Below, piece by piece: positions 38,921 through 53,680 of a stretch of DNA of 64,000 bases. Position numbers and translations under genes: made by a program. The stretch is from positions 199,206,001-199,270,000 of the forward strand of contig OZ024741.1 of assembly GCA_964016885.1 (NCBI GenBank). The letters are read 5' to 3'. The notes beneath the pieces are model-generated. The model was not told where the DNA came from. It did no database searches and saw only the letters and a program-made list of their open reading frames with translations. Position 1 is the first letter of the stretch, and every line of letters starts with the position of its first letter. This DNA comes from Eledone cirrhosa (Eukaryota).

Positions 38921-40207
38921 CACCAATATATCAGAAAGGGCGGTAAAATACGAGGTGGACCATAACCCACCAGAATACTCGATACTTGGGGTAGTAGAGA
39001 TGGTAATATGAAAGATCTATCTGTCAAAATGGCTGAAGCTCAGCCGCCAGGGTCCGGAATCTTTTCATATATATATCTGTAGAAATCAAGCCAGAATCAG
39101 TTCCCGTCCCACCCTTGCAAACAGGGAAAAAGCGGACGTAAAATGAAATGAAAAAAATGACACATACATACATACACATATGTACACACATATAGACACT
39201 CAAACATATATGTGTGTGTGTTTGTCTCTATTTCATTTCATTTGTTTATGTGTGGCAGTTCAACGGTTCAACAGTTTGGTATGCAGAGTAAAATATCTTA
39301 ATTAACAAACAAGGTTTGGTATCATGAAGGGCATCCGGGTTTAGGATATTGCCTCAAGAAGTCTTGTCCAGTAGTACAGAAAAAGCAGATATAATAATGA
39401 TGATGTTAACATAAGTGTGTAGGGTGGGGTGGGGGTGTTCACACACATGTACAACCACACTGAATTGTTTATGAAAACACGGGCAATTTTTGTAAATTTG
39501 AAATTATGTTTCCATTTTCTAAAGCTGCCACAGCAAAAATTAAGTGTAAAATAAGTGAATAAATTGGGTAAATCTCTGTAGATGGAGAAAAGAAGTGCAC
39601 CATCCATCTGCTATATGCCCAATGATTTCAGTACCAATATATATATACTGCAACATGGTTGGTTGGATATAGGTGTAAGAATGACAGTGAGCTTATAAAC
39701 ACAGGCTTGATTTTTGCTTAAAATTTTGTTTTGCAACTAAAATGGTTTGGGTTCAGTCTTGTTCAGCACTGTTTCTTAAGCAAATATCTTGAGTCATTCA
39801 ATACTTTTTTAATGGAATTATGTAAGTTGTAACTGTGTAGAAATATAACAACATTTTTCATTTTTATGATATCCTATTATACTTTTACTGGCTTCAGTCA
39901 GTAGAATTATGTCATGCTGGATCAGAGCCTTGGAAGGATTTAGTCAATCATATTGACCTCTAGTACTTATTTTTTCAATCTCTTTTTGTTTGATTGTTAC
40001 ATTACAAGATATAAACACAGACATAGAGTCAGATCTAAATACTGGAATGAGCCCCCCCCCCCCCTCTCTCTGGTCTTTTGCAATTTCAATCTTTCTGTCT
40101 GCCATTTACAAGGCATTGGTCAATCTGAGGCAATAGTAGAAAATAGCCAAAATACCATGCTGCAGGAATGAATACAAAATCATGCTGTTGCGAAGCAAAT
40201 TTTTTAA

Positions 40208-40352
40208 CCCTTTTGATATCAACCCACCCAAAACCACCTCTGGTTCTATGAAACAAAACTACCTATTATTAATAATGTTAGTAAATTTCTCCACAGTCTT
40301 CATTAATTAATTGACTTTTGTTTTTTTCATTAGAAATATAGTAACGAAAGGT
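40208..40352. mobile_element. TTAA-flanked MITE, degenerate
   Basis: TTAA|CCCTTTTGATATC ... GTAACGAAAGGT|TTAA. Confidence 0.5.
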
Positions 40353-40859
40353 TTAACTCACACAGCCATATACTGGAATGAGCATAGAGCTGTATAGACT
40401 GAAATCCCTCTTGGATCTTATAGTGTGATGGTGTTTGTAGACAATTTTTGTTACTTTTATTTTGTAACTAGTTTTGTAACTATGTTACTGGAGTCAATTA
40501 CAAATTATGTGCCTGAAGTATGAAATAATTGAAAGGCATGTAATTAAATAGTTGGCTACAAAAGGATCAGAAATTGGTAAAAAATCATTATGTAATGGAG
40601 TTGTGAAACCAAAATGATACTCTAAACAACACTTAAAACATTTTAAATATCAAAATATTAAAACTTCATAAATATATTCTCCATGCATGAGAATTCTCAA
40701 ATCATGCCATCTAAATATAATGTGTTGATTAGCTGCCTCGGCTTATACACTGGGTTTGGATTTTAGTCTATTCTCAGACATAAAACTGGAGTTAGCTTAT
40801 ATTTGAGTATATACAATACTAAGATTTGAATATCTATAGATAATGAATATCTATAGATA

Positions 40860-40970
40860 ATTGTTTCTACTTTTGGCACAAGGCCAGCAATTATCCCAGT
40901 GTATTACTGGTACTTTATTTTATCGACCCCGTAAGGATGAAAGGCAAAGTTAACCTCGGCGGGATTTGAA
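40860..40970 (-). mobile_element. 5'-truncated SINE (family A) with TSD
   Basis: Shared core; GAATATCTATAGATAAT occurs on both sides (twice on the left). Confidence 0.85.
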
Positions 40971-42981
40971 TATCTATAGATAATGTAAGGAAAAGAGGAT
41001 TGTAGAAATAGAAGATATAGTAAAAGAAGTATGCAAGATGATGAAATATTAGAAATTTAGGTGCATGCAACAAATAAAGTAGGATGCCATCAAAGACAAA
41101 CCAACATTAAAGTTGCTAAACATTTCATCTAAAACATCAATAACAAATAATTCTCACCATCAACACTGGATTTAGTTAATGTGACGTACATTACTATTCT
41201 CTGAATGTGTAGGCGTATATGAATATATAGCTACATACAGAAAAAGACATGCACACACAAATGCACATTAATTTGCATGAGCCCCCACCCTTTCTTTATC
41301 ACTATGTTGCTATGATCATATGTTCTTAAGCATGTGTGAATCACATATATTCTTGCTCTAGATGTATTTATGAGTTCATTTATTGCGTATGATATAAATC
41401 AATAGTCTGCTAATACACTACATCATTTTTGTAAGAAACAATTAAAAGTATTGTGATCAACGTATTTTGTAAAAGATGGAAAATGAAACAACAATATTAG
41501 CTAAACACATCATATCAGCTAAATATCTCTTGCCAAGTTTATTAATGGCAAGACTAAATTTTCATCATTTTTTACGCTTAACGATTTTGCAAGTTTTCAT
41601 TGAATGATTTATTTTCTGTTTATTTTGGGGAAGCACAAAAAATATTCAGTAGTTTTCTACAGAATTTAGTCTATGGTGTCAAAATCTCAGAGTCAACTTC
41701 GCATCTCTCTCCCAAAAATTAAAGATACCAGCAATCAACTCTGTTTGAAGATCATGCAAACTGTGTTTTTTTTTTTTTTAAAAAAGGACATGTGAACTAT
41801 AGTGGTGTATATATAGATGTACCAAGATTGTGACTCCTGGTTGACAGGAAAGGGAATGTTCATGTAAGACCAGGGAAGAGATAATCAGGGATGATAAATA
41901 ACCTCATAAATGCATCTAGAGCAAGAATATATGTGATTCACATATGATCATAGTAACACATTGAAAAAGAAAAGACCAAAACCTATCCCTGGAACGAACA
42001 CTCTGGAGAGATGTTTTGAAAGAGGCTACCAAAATGTCCAATTCTTTTGACAAATATAGATGATGTTAAACCAGATGGTGATGATGATAAATGTTTAAGA
42101 TGAAGCACGAAAAATTCAGAGAAATTGAATGTATGTAATAGTGGTTAAGATGTTTCAAGAGAGGAAGTTATTTAATAGAAAGTCATATCTGACTAATGTT
42201 TCATCATAACAGCATGTGATTAACAAACTACAATTAACAAGGTTATTTTTTTACTATGTGTCAGGGAACTGTGTCAATTATTTCAGGCAAAGGGATCACA
42301 GTTGATTGAATCAGCATCAGATTGTTACTGATACCAATTTCATCAACCCAATATGTTCATATTTAATAAGATAGCAACTGATTTGATAGCTTTAGTTCAG
42401 AACAGTTGCTTTATTATATGAAAGACTAAACTTAATATTGTTATATTTGGGGTTGGTCATTTTGCCAATATGAGAAACACACACACACATACACACACTA
42501 TTTAACTTTCACTTCAGCTTTATTATTATTAGTTATTTTGTCAAAACTCTTTCATCAAACATTCTGTGACCTCTTCAATGACTGTGTTCTTCTCTGTGTT
42601 TTCTCTTTTTTTTTTTCTGGCCTTATTCTGCTTATTCCATCTTGTCTTTTTATGGCAGGTACTAAAGCTGAAATGAAGTATGTGGGTTCTTTTCATTTGC
42701 AAAATTTGCAAACTCCAAATGTATCAATATTTGTTTCAACAACAATGTTGCAAAATGTAAAAACTAAATACTATAATGGTTTATAACAGGTGGAGAGGTC
42801 ACCTTGTCAGTAAACTCATCGCCTTTTGATTAATGATTTCACACATTAACACAAGATTACACATTGGCAGAAGTCAAATGAATTGCATTCAGAATATAGC
42901 TGGTATTTTTTTTATTGTTTACTTTTATGCAACAAGCTCTATTCTATATATATAGTAAGGTCTACTTTATATATCAATTTT

Positions 42982-43831
42982 GGTAAATTTATTGAAAAGC
43001 ACCTGCTGGGGTTCGTTAAGAAAGTTTCTTTTTTCTTTTCTAGTTTTTTTGCATGCTTTCAACTAATATGTCCTCTGGCATGCTCGCAATTGACTTTTTT
43101 TCTGAAAATAGATTGGTGCATTTTCTGAGCCTTGGAATTCTCTTCTGTAGGAATTTTTTTTCTTTTCTCGATTTTTTTTTTCACTTGTTTTCAACAGATC
43201 TGACATCTGACTCACTCGTCAACAACTCCTTTTTCAGAAAGCGGTAGCAAGGAGGGAGGTGAATCTTTTGAGTTACAGATAAGCACCTCATCCATTTAAA
43301 TTTATAGAAAAGTGCCCATTGGAGATCACTAAGAAATATATTTTAGCTAAGTTTTTTCATGTTTTCAACTGATCTGACCTCCAACATGCTCGCAATTGCT
43401 TTCTTTCTAAAAACGGAATTAGTGGAGAGATCAGATTAGTTGAAAAAACATTAAAAAACATAGGAAAAAATATTTCTTATCAATCCCCAGCGGGTGCTTT
43501 TCTATAAATTGAAATGGCTGAAGAGTGCTTATCTGTAACTCCAAGGGTCCACCTCCTTCCTTGCTATTGTTTTCTGAAAAAGGAGTCATTGCCGAGTGAG
43601 TCAGATGTCAGATTGGTTGAAAACAAATGAAAAAAACCTTTGCAAAGAAAAAATTCCCGCCAAAGAAAACTCTGGGGCTGGGAAAATGTGAGGGTACCCT
43701 CCCCTTGCTCTCTAAATTTCGTTTTCAGCAAAAAACGTCAGTTGTGGGCATGTCGAATGTCAGATTAGTTGAAAACACAAAAAAAAAAATCTCTTAAAGA
43801 ACCCTACCGGATGCTTTTCTATAAATTTACC
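42982..43831. mobile_element. ~850-bp fold-back element (long imperfect inverted repeat with internal subrepeats)
   Basis: GGTAAATTTATTGAAAAGCA...TGCTTTTCTATAAATTTACC; 43185-43385 mirrors 43420-43625; subrepeats TTTCAACTRATCTGAC. Confidence 0.75.
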
Positions 43832-43884
43832 TTAAGTTCTTTTTTGTTATTGCATTGATCTGGAGAAAGGGGTTGCACTCATAG

Positions 43885-44040
43885 TTCATGCAGATCCCTC
43901 TATCTACCAAATTCCACTCATAAGTAATTCCTTAAACTGAAGTTATAGTACAAGACACTTGCACAAAGTCCCATACAGCAGGACTGAACCCAGAACCAAC
44001 TGGTTGTGAAGCATACTCTTCAACCACACAACCATACCTG
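43885..44040 (-). mobile_element. SINE (family C)
   Basis: Minus GGTATGGTTGTGTGGTTGAAG...GGTTCAGTCC...GCAAGTGTCTT. Confidence 0.6.
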
Positions 44041-44042
44041 TG

Positions 44043-44126
<84 letters not shown>

Positions 44127-44261
44127 CTGTTGCGAGGTTCGAAACTCAGAATTTGTCAGCCTCTTATTAATGGCTAGACTGCTCGCTCCCCTGTGAAATG
44201 TAATGTACAATGCCATTTTTTTTCTCTTCTCTCCATCTTCCCCCGGTCCATTCATCTATCC

Positions 44262-44960
44262 TAGTAATATACGTGAACGGCAAAGCATAAATGAACTAAG
44301 GGAGAAATTAGGAATAAGAGGGATCAGATGTTGTTTACTCGAGAGAAGGCTACGTTGTTATGGTCACGTGATGCGCATGAAAGATGACAGCTGTATAAAA
44401 AAGTGCAGGGCGATAAAAATAGACAGTAGCCACAGAGTAGGCAGACCCAGAAAAACCTGGGACGACTTGATAAATTCCGACCTTACACACTTGCACCTCT
44501 CTAAGACAATGTCACTGGACCGAGATCTTTGGCGCTACACAGTAATATAGAAGACCCGCCTTGCCTAAGTACAAAGCAAAACCTACTACAGTCAGTAGGC
44601 ATCTCTTAACAAAAATACACCCCATCCCTCTACCCCCACCCCATCCACACCACCCCTTTCGATGTAAAGTTATGTTGGTACCTCAACATCCAGTCCGAAA
44701 TAAATGAGATTGTGTAGGTGGCACGACAAAAAAAAACACACAGTCCACGCTGTAATGTGGCCGTGTAGGTAACACGGTAAAAACCTCCCAGTCCACACTG
44801 TAAACGTGGTTGGTGTTAGGAATGTCATCTAGCCGTAGAAAACCCGCCAGACAGTCCTATACGAGCAAGACAACCAATCTTGCCTCAAGTGGGAAAATTC
44901 CCGTCCAAACCCATGCTAGCGTGGAAGATGGACGTTAAACGATGATGATGATGATGATGA
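44262..44960 (+). mobile_element. RTE LINE 3' end (family 1)
   Basis: NIRERQSINELREKLGIRG...GRPRKTW; 3' UTR; (GAT)n. Confidence 0.9.
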
Positions 44961-45098
44961 TATATATAGATATATATATTATATATATATTATATATATA
45001 TATATATATATAGTAATAATAATAAATTTTAAGACTAAAATCCAAAGAGGACTCGATAAGGATAAATATATATCAAATATATAAGAACCGTAGAGCAA

Positions 45099-45196
45099 AT
45101 ATTTATTAAAATAACAGATTAAAGTTTAAGCAAAGAATTGCTCCCGTTAAGGGCGAAAGCAGCGATTCTTTGCTTAAACTTTAATCTGTTATTTTA

Positions 45197-45204
<8 letters not shown>
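45099..45204. repeat. 44-bp-arm hairpin with CCC-GTTAA-GGGC-GAAA loop
   Basis: Arms are reverse complements; same family at 15175-15210 and 32075-32140. Confidence 0.85.
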
Positions 45205-45239
<35 letters not shown>

Positions 45240-45659
45240 ATTATATATATATATTATATATATATTATATATATATATATATATTATTATAATTACACAG
45301 GCAGTAAGCCTAAAAGAATTAAAACCAAAATTAAATAGAAAATATGAGTGGAACAGCAACATCACAACTTACAATTAAGGACAAAATGAAAACACACACA
45401 CACATAGAACAAACAACTTACAATTGAAAACACACACAAAATGAAAACACACACAGGACAAAATGAAAACACACACACACATAGAACAAACAACCAACCA
45501 ACAATAAATAAATAAACAAATAGAAAAATGAACACAAACACACACAGACACCCGGATGTGGCACATGCGCAAACTGAGCACACAACACACACACAGAAAC
45601 AAAATGGCGTAGGATAGAAGAAAGAAAAGGCACAGAAACGAAGAAAGGAATCCGAAGAA

Positions 45660-47078
45660 AGGTCTCGGTCCAGTGACATTGTCTTGGAGAGGTGTAAGTG
45701 TGTGAGGTCGGAGTTTATCAGCTCATCCCATGTTTTTCTAGGTCTGCCTATTCCGTGGCTACCGTCTATCTTTATTGCCCTGTACTTTGTTATACAGCTA
45801 TCGACTTTCATGCGCATCACGTGTCCATACCAACGCAGCCTTCTCTCGAGTAAACAACATCTGATCCCTCTTATCTCTAATTTTTTCCTTAGTTCGTTTA
45901 TGCTTTGCCGTTCACGTATATTACTGTTACACATCCAGCGGAGCATGCAAGCTTCGTTCCTCTCTAGTCTGCGTATATCCTCTGCACACAATGCCCAGGT
46001 CTCACTACCATGCAACATTGCTGTTCGTATGCAGGCATCGTACAACCTGCCTTTCATTTTTAGGGAGAACCCTTTAGCAGCTAATAGTGGTATAAGCTCT
46101 CTGAACTTTTTCCAACCAGTTCTGACTCTAGCTACAGTACTTTCAGAGCACCCTCCCCCACTGCTGATTTTATCCCCCAGGTAACGGAAGCTGTCCACTA
46201 TTTCTATAGAACCCTCTGCGCAATTGAAAGAGCTAGTATTTTGTGGGCACTTGCTGCTACTTATTGCACCAGAACACCGGCCACATGTAAAATCTATGTT
46301 CTTAGTTAGCTTACCTGTGATCCCACTACATCTTTTATGCACCCATACTTTGCATTTAGGACATAAAATGGAGTTTCTACCTACGCCTTTCCTACACACC
46401 GAGCACGACCATTTCCCAGAAGGGACCGCCGCCTTGTTTTCTTTCCTACAAACTAGAACTTTGGTCTTAGCCAGGTTAATTTTAAGTCCTTTTGACTTTA
46501 GGCCGTGCTTCCATGTTTGGAATTTCTTCTCTAGCTCGGCCATTGATTCCGCTATGAGTGTCAGGTCGTCTGCGTATAGGAGTTCCCATGGGCAGCCTGT
46601 CTTGAACTCCTCTGTTATAGCCTGAAGGGCAATAATAAATAGTAGGGGGCTGAGAACAGAGCCCTGATGGACGCCAACTTTTACGCTAAACTCTTCACTA
46701 TATTCGTTGTTAATTCTAACCTTGCTGACTGTTTCTTTATACATGGCTTGTATAGCCCTCACAAGCCATTCGTCAACGCCTAGTTTTCTAAGAGCCCACC
46801 AGATAATGGAGCGGGGGACTCTGTCGAAGGCTTTCTCCAGGTCGACAAAAGCTAAGTAGAGGGGTTTACCTTTAGCTAGGTACTTCTCCTGTAGTTGTCG
46901 TACTATGAAAAGAGCGTCTGTGGTGCTTTTGCCTGACACAAACCCGAACTGCATTTCATCTAGGTCAATTCTCTCTCTGATTAGTTGCGCTATTACTTTT
47001 TCCGTGACCTTCATGACCTGGTCGATTAATTTAATGCCTCTATAGTTACTCCTATCTAGGGCGTCTCCTTTACCCTTA
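45660..47078 (-). mobile_element. RTE LINE reverse transcriptase (family 1), open frame, truncated at both ends
   Basis: QFGF, FVDLEKAFDRV, GVHQGSVLSP, YADD (46565-46576), FRYLG, HGSETW, GRPRKTW. Confidence 0.95.
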
Positions 47079-47184
47079 TATATATATATATTATATATTA
47101 TATATATATATATTATATATATATATATATTATATATTATATATATATATATTATATATATATGTTATATATATATATTATATA

Positions 47185-48054
47185 TCATCATCATCATCAT
47201 TTTACGTCCGCTTTTCCCTGCTTGCAAGGGTGGGACGGGTCTTATTTAGCACAGCATCTCTCCACTCGTCACGGTCCCTCGTCATCTCCACTGTGAGCTT
47301 CAATGATCTGAGGTCTGTTCTCACCACCTCCGCCCATGTTTTTCGTGGTCTACCTCTACCACGTGTTCCTTCAACTGGCAATTCCTGGCACTTCTTCACC
47401 CATCGGTCATCCTCCATGCGCATCACATGTCCATACCACCTCAGTCTCCTCTCCCGTACACTACATTCTATCCCTCTCAGACACAGTTTCTCTCTCAACA
47501 CATTTATGCTGGGTCGTTCACGCACATTTACACTGCACATCCAACGGAGCATGCTTGCCTCATTTCTCTCCAGCCGTCGCATATCCTCTGCAGTTGCTGC
47601 CCATGTCTCACTACCATGCAGCATCGTGCTCCTCACACAGGCATCATACAACCGGCCTTTCGTACGCAGGGAGAAACCCTTCTTCGTCAACAGAGGAAGC
47701 AGCTCCCTAAACTTCTTCCAACCCGTTCTTATTCTAGATACTATGGCCTCGGAACACCCTCCTCCCATGCTAATCTGATCTCCTAGGTACCGGAAGCTAT
47801 CCACCACTTCTATAGCGTCCTCCTGCATTTGAAAAATGTGTCTATCAATGCGACTTCTACTGTCTAATTTCCCTGTACATCTACTGCATACATATTTCTC
47901 CCTACCTGTTAGTTTGCCTGCTATCCCGCTACATCTCTTGTGTATCCAGGATCTGCATTGTGTGCATTTTATAGAATTTATGCCAGTTCCTTTTCTGCAT
48001 ATCGAACATGGCCATTTCCCTGACGGAATTAGGGTTTTGTCCTCTTTTCTACTC
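47185..48054 (-). mobile_element. RTE LINE 3' portion (family 2)
   Basis: 284-aa ORF with PHD-like finger, FRYLG, HGSETW, RGRPRKTW; stop is immediately followed by (ATG)n. Confidence 0.93.
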
Positions 48055-48083
48055 ATATATATATATTATATATATATATATAT

Positions 48084-48117
<34 letters not shown>

Positions 48118-48159
48118 ATATATTATATATATATATATATATTATATATATATATATAT

Positions 48160-48193
<34 letters not shown>

Positions 48194-48396
48194 ATAATAT
48201 ATATATATATTATATATAATAAATACAATATCGGAGAAAGCTTTTTAGCGATACTCCGGCCAAATTCCAACTCACTCAACAAACATTAGGAAATAAGTGA
48301 TTATATTCCCAATTATGTGTTCGGGGTGCTAACTAAAAGTATTGCGTGGAAAATTGGCTGTATTATTTCATATGAGACATATCTAATATATCTCTT

Positions 48397-48523
48397 CCCA
48401 GACGGATGTCTCGTTTCATTATAGGATTCCTACAATTTGGGTGAAATTATACCAATTTATGTAGGAGCTTGTATACCATCAATAGATATATATTCAAGTG
48501 GGCTCCTATAATTCATCAGTGGG
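48397..48523 (-). ncRNA. Type I hammerhead ribozyme motif with branched stem II
   Basis: Minus: CCCA CTGATGA ATTATAGGA...TCCTATAAT GAAA CGAGACATCCG TC TGGG; perfect 9-bp stem II base. Confidence 0.8.
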
Positions 48524-48595
48524 TGCCCCAATAATATTAATATTGATAATCTAACCAACATCAGCATTTAGAGATAATCACTTTCTGTGCCTGAG

Positions 48596-50339
<1,744 letters not shown>

Positions 50340-50340
<1 letters not shown>

Positions 50341-52899
50341 ATCATCATCATCATCATCATCGTTTAACGTCCATGTTCCACCCTTGCATGCGTTTGGACG
50401 GGAGTTTTCCCACTTGAGGCAAGAGTGGTTGTCTTGCTCGCATAGGACTGTCTGGCGGGTTTTCAACAGTTGGATGCCCTTCCTAACACCAACCTCGTTT
50501 ACAGTGTGGGGCTGGGAGGTTTTTACCGTGTTGCCTACACGGCCACATTACAGCGTGGACTGTCTGGCGGGTTTTCTACAGCTGGATTCCCTTCCTAACA
50601 CCAACCACATTTACAGTGTGGGACTGGGAGGTTTTTACCGTGTTGCCTACACGGTCACATTACAGCGTGGACTGTGTGTTTTTTTGTTGTGACACCTACA
50701 CGATCTCATTTGTTTCGGCCTGGATGGTGTGGCACCAACATAACTTTACATAGAAGGGGGCGGTGTGGATGGGGTGGGGGTGGTGGGACGGGGGTGTATT
50801 TTGTTAGGGATGCCTACTGACTGTAGTAGGTTTTACTATGTATTTAGGTAAGGCGGGTCTTCTCTATTACTGAGTACCGCCAAAGGTCTCGGTCCAGTGA
50901 CATTGTCTTGGAGAGGTGTAAGTGTGTGAGGTCGGAATTTATCAGCTCGTCCCAGGTTTTTCTGGGTCTGCCTACTCCGTGGCTACCGTCTATCTTTATT
51001 GCCCTGCACTTTGCTATACAGCTGTCGTCTTTCATGCGCATCACGTGACCATACCAACGTAGCCTTCTCTCGAGTAAACAACATCTGATCCCTCTTATTT
51101 CTAATTTTTTCCTTAGTTCGTTTATGCTTTGCCGTTAGCGTATATTACTATTACACATCCAGCAGAGCATGCAAGCTTCGTTCCTCTCTAGTCTGCGTAT
51201 ATCCTCTGCACACAATGCCCAGGTATCACTGCCATGCAACATTGCTGTTCGTATGCAGGCATCATACAGCCTGCCTTTCATTTTTAGGGAGAACCCTTTA
51301 GCGGCTAATAATGGTATAAGCTCTCTGAACTTTTTCCATCCAGTTCTGACTCTAGCTACTGTACTTTCAGAGCACCCTCCCCCACTGCTGATTTTGTCAC
51401 CCAGGTAACGGAAGCTGTCCACTATTTCTATAGAACCCTCTGCGCAGTTGAAAGAGCTAGTATTTTTTGGGCACTTGCTGCTACTTATTGCACCAGAGCA
51501 CCGCCCACATGTAAAATTTGTGTTCTTAGTTAGCTTACCTGTGATCCCACTACATCTTTTATGCACCCATACTTTGCATTTGGGACATAAAATGGAGTTT
51601 CTAGCTACGCCTTTCCTACACACTGAGCATGGCCATTTCCCGGAAGGGACCTGCGCCCTATTTTCTTTCCTACAAACTAGAACTTTAGTCTTAGCCAGGT
51701 TGATTCTAGGCCGTGCTTCCATGTTTGGAATTTCTTCTCTAGCTCGGCCATTGATTCAGCTATGAGCGTTAGATCATCTGCGTATAGGAGTTCCCATGCA
51801 CAGCCGGTCTTGAACTCCTCTGTTATAGCCGCAATAATAAATAGTAGGGGGCTAAGAACAGAGCCCTGATGAACACCAACTTTTACGCTAAACTCTTCAC
51901 TATATTCGTTGTTAATTCTAACCTTGCTCACTGTTTCTTTATACATGGCTTGTATAGCTCTCACAGGCCATTCGTTAACACCTAGTTTTCTAAGAGCCTA
52001 CCAGATAATGGAACGGGGGACTCTGTCGAAGGCTTTCTCCAAGTTGACAAAGGCTAAGTATAGGGGTTTACTTTTAGCTAGGTACTTCTCCTGTAGTTGT
52101 CGTACAATGAAAAGAGCGTCTGTGGTACTTTTGCCTGACACAAACCCGAACTGCATTTCATCTAGATCGATTCTCTCTCTGATTAGTTGCACTATTACTT
52201 TTTCCGTGACCTTCATGACCTGGTCGATTAATTTAATGCCTCTATAGTTGCTCCTTATCTAGGGCGTCTCCTTTACCCTTGTAACAGTTAATGATGATGC
52301 TGCTACGCCAGTCCTTCGGAACAACCCCATTCTGTATGACTTGGTTTACTATCCGGGTGACCATGGTGTGTCCCACCGTTCCAGAGGCCTTCAGCATCAC
52401 AGCAACTATTTCCGAAGGCCCAGCCGCCTTACCCGTCTTCATATCTTTGATTGCCTTACTTATTATACTACCCTCGACTAACACTGCTGGTCCCTCTATT
52501 GGATCGATGTGGGGGAGACTATCCTTCTCCCATTTATTCTCCTCATTTAGTAGCCTCTCGTAGTGACACTTCCAAGCGACCTTCTTATCAGCGTCGGTGA
52601 TGGCAAGTACACCATCATCATTAAGGACACACTTCTCCCCAACAATATCACGGTTTTCCTTGACACATTGCCTAGCAATCCTGAACACCTCACGTTTTTG
52701 GTCCTCGCGTTGTAGAACATGCTTGAACTTTCTTTCCTCTGCTTCCCTTCTTGCGAAGTACACTTGTCTCCTAGCTTCCCTCCTGGCCACTTGATAGTCT
52801 TCTCTACTTCCCCCATCCCGCCATACTTTCCAAGCCTGCTTTTTGGCCTTAATCGACTCCTCCACCTTACTGTCCCACCACCATGTTACTCTCCTCCTA
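50340..52899 (-). mobile_element. RTE LINE (family 1), 5'-truncated, frameshifted RT plus 3' UTR and (ATG)n tail
   Basis: ORF pieces 52242-52865, 51998-52216, 51677-51964 (YADD), 51135-51722, 50844-51044; internal 3' UTR duplication at ~50446-50690. Confidence 0.95.
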
Positions 52900-53150
52900 T
52901 TATATATATATATTATATATATATATTATATATATATATATTATATATATATATTATATATATATATATTATATATATATATATTATATATATATATATT
53001 ATATATATATATATTATATATTTATATATTATATATATATATTATATATTTATATATTATATATATATATTATATATTTATATTATATTTATATATTATA
53101 TATATATATTATATATTTATATTATATATATATATTATATATATATATAT

Positions 53151-53184
<34 letters not shown>

Positions 53185-53432
53185 ATATTTATATATTATA
53201 TATATATATATTATATATATATATATTATATATATATATATTATATATATATATATATTTATATATTATATATATATATATTATATATATATATATTATA
53301 TATTTATATATTATATATATATATATATATTATATATATATATTATATATATATATATATATTATATATATTATATATATATATTATATATATATATATA
53401 TTATATATTTATATATTTATATATATATATAT

Positions 53433-53472
<40 letters not shown>

Positions 53473-53485
53473 TATATATATAATA

Positions 53486-53680
53486 TAGGAACCAGTAAGA
53501 CCCCGACGGCTGAGCTCAAGCCGTTTCGACGGCTAATTCTGGTCCAGAATTAGCCGTCGAAACGGCTTGAGCTCAGCCGTCAGGGTCTTACTGGTTCCTA
53601 TTACCCACCCTACTACCCCAAGTATTGAGTACTTTGGTGCGTTATGGTCCACCTGGTTCCTTACCATATTTCCTTCGTTA
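53486..53680 (+). mobile_element. pLTR-like fragment: 57-bp-arm hairpin containing the 3' half of a hammerhead
   Basis: Arms 53486-53542 / 53544-53600 with one mismatch; GAAA CGGCT-TGAGCTC-AGCCG TC AGGGTC at 53559-53587. Confidence 0.75.

Noticed and set aside
45362-45660. Hydrophobic C-terminal extension of the 550-aa RT ORF
   Set aside because: Read-through from the truncated RTE into TG-rich low-complexity sequence, not a fusion protein.
45684-46625. Antisense ORFs over RTE copies (also 47230-47786, 51169-51765)
   Set aside because: Shadow frames of the RT coding strand.
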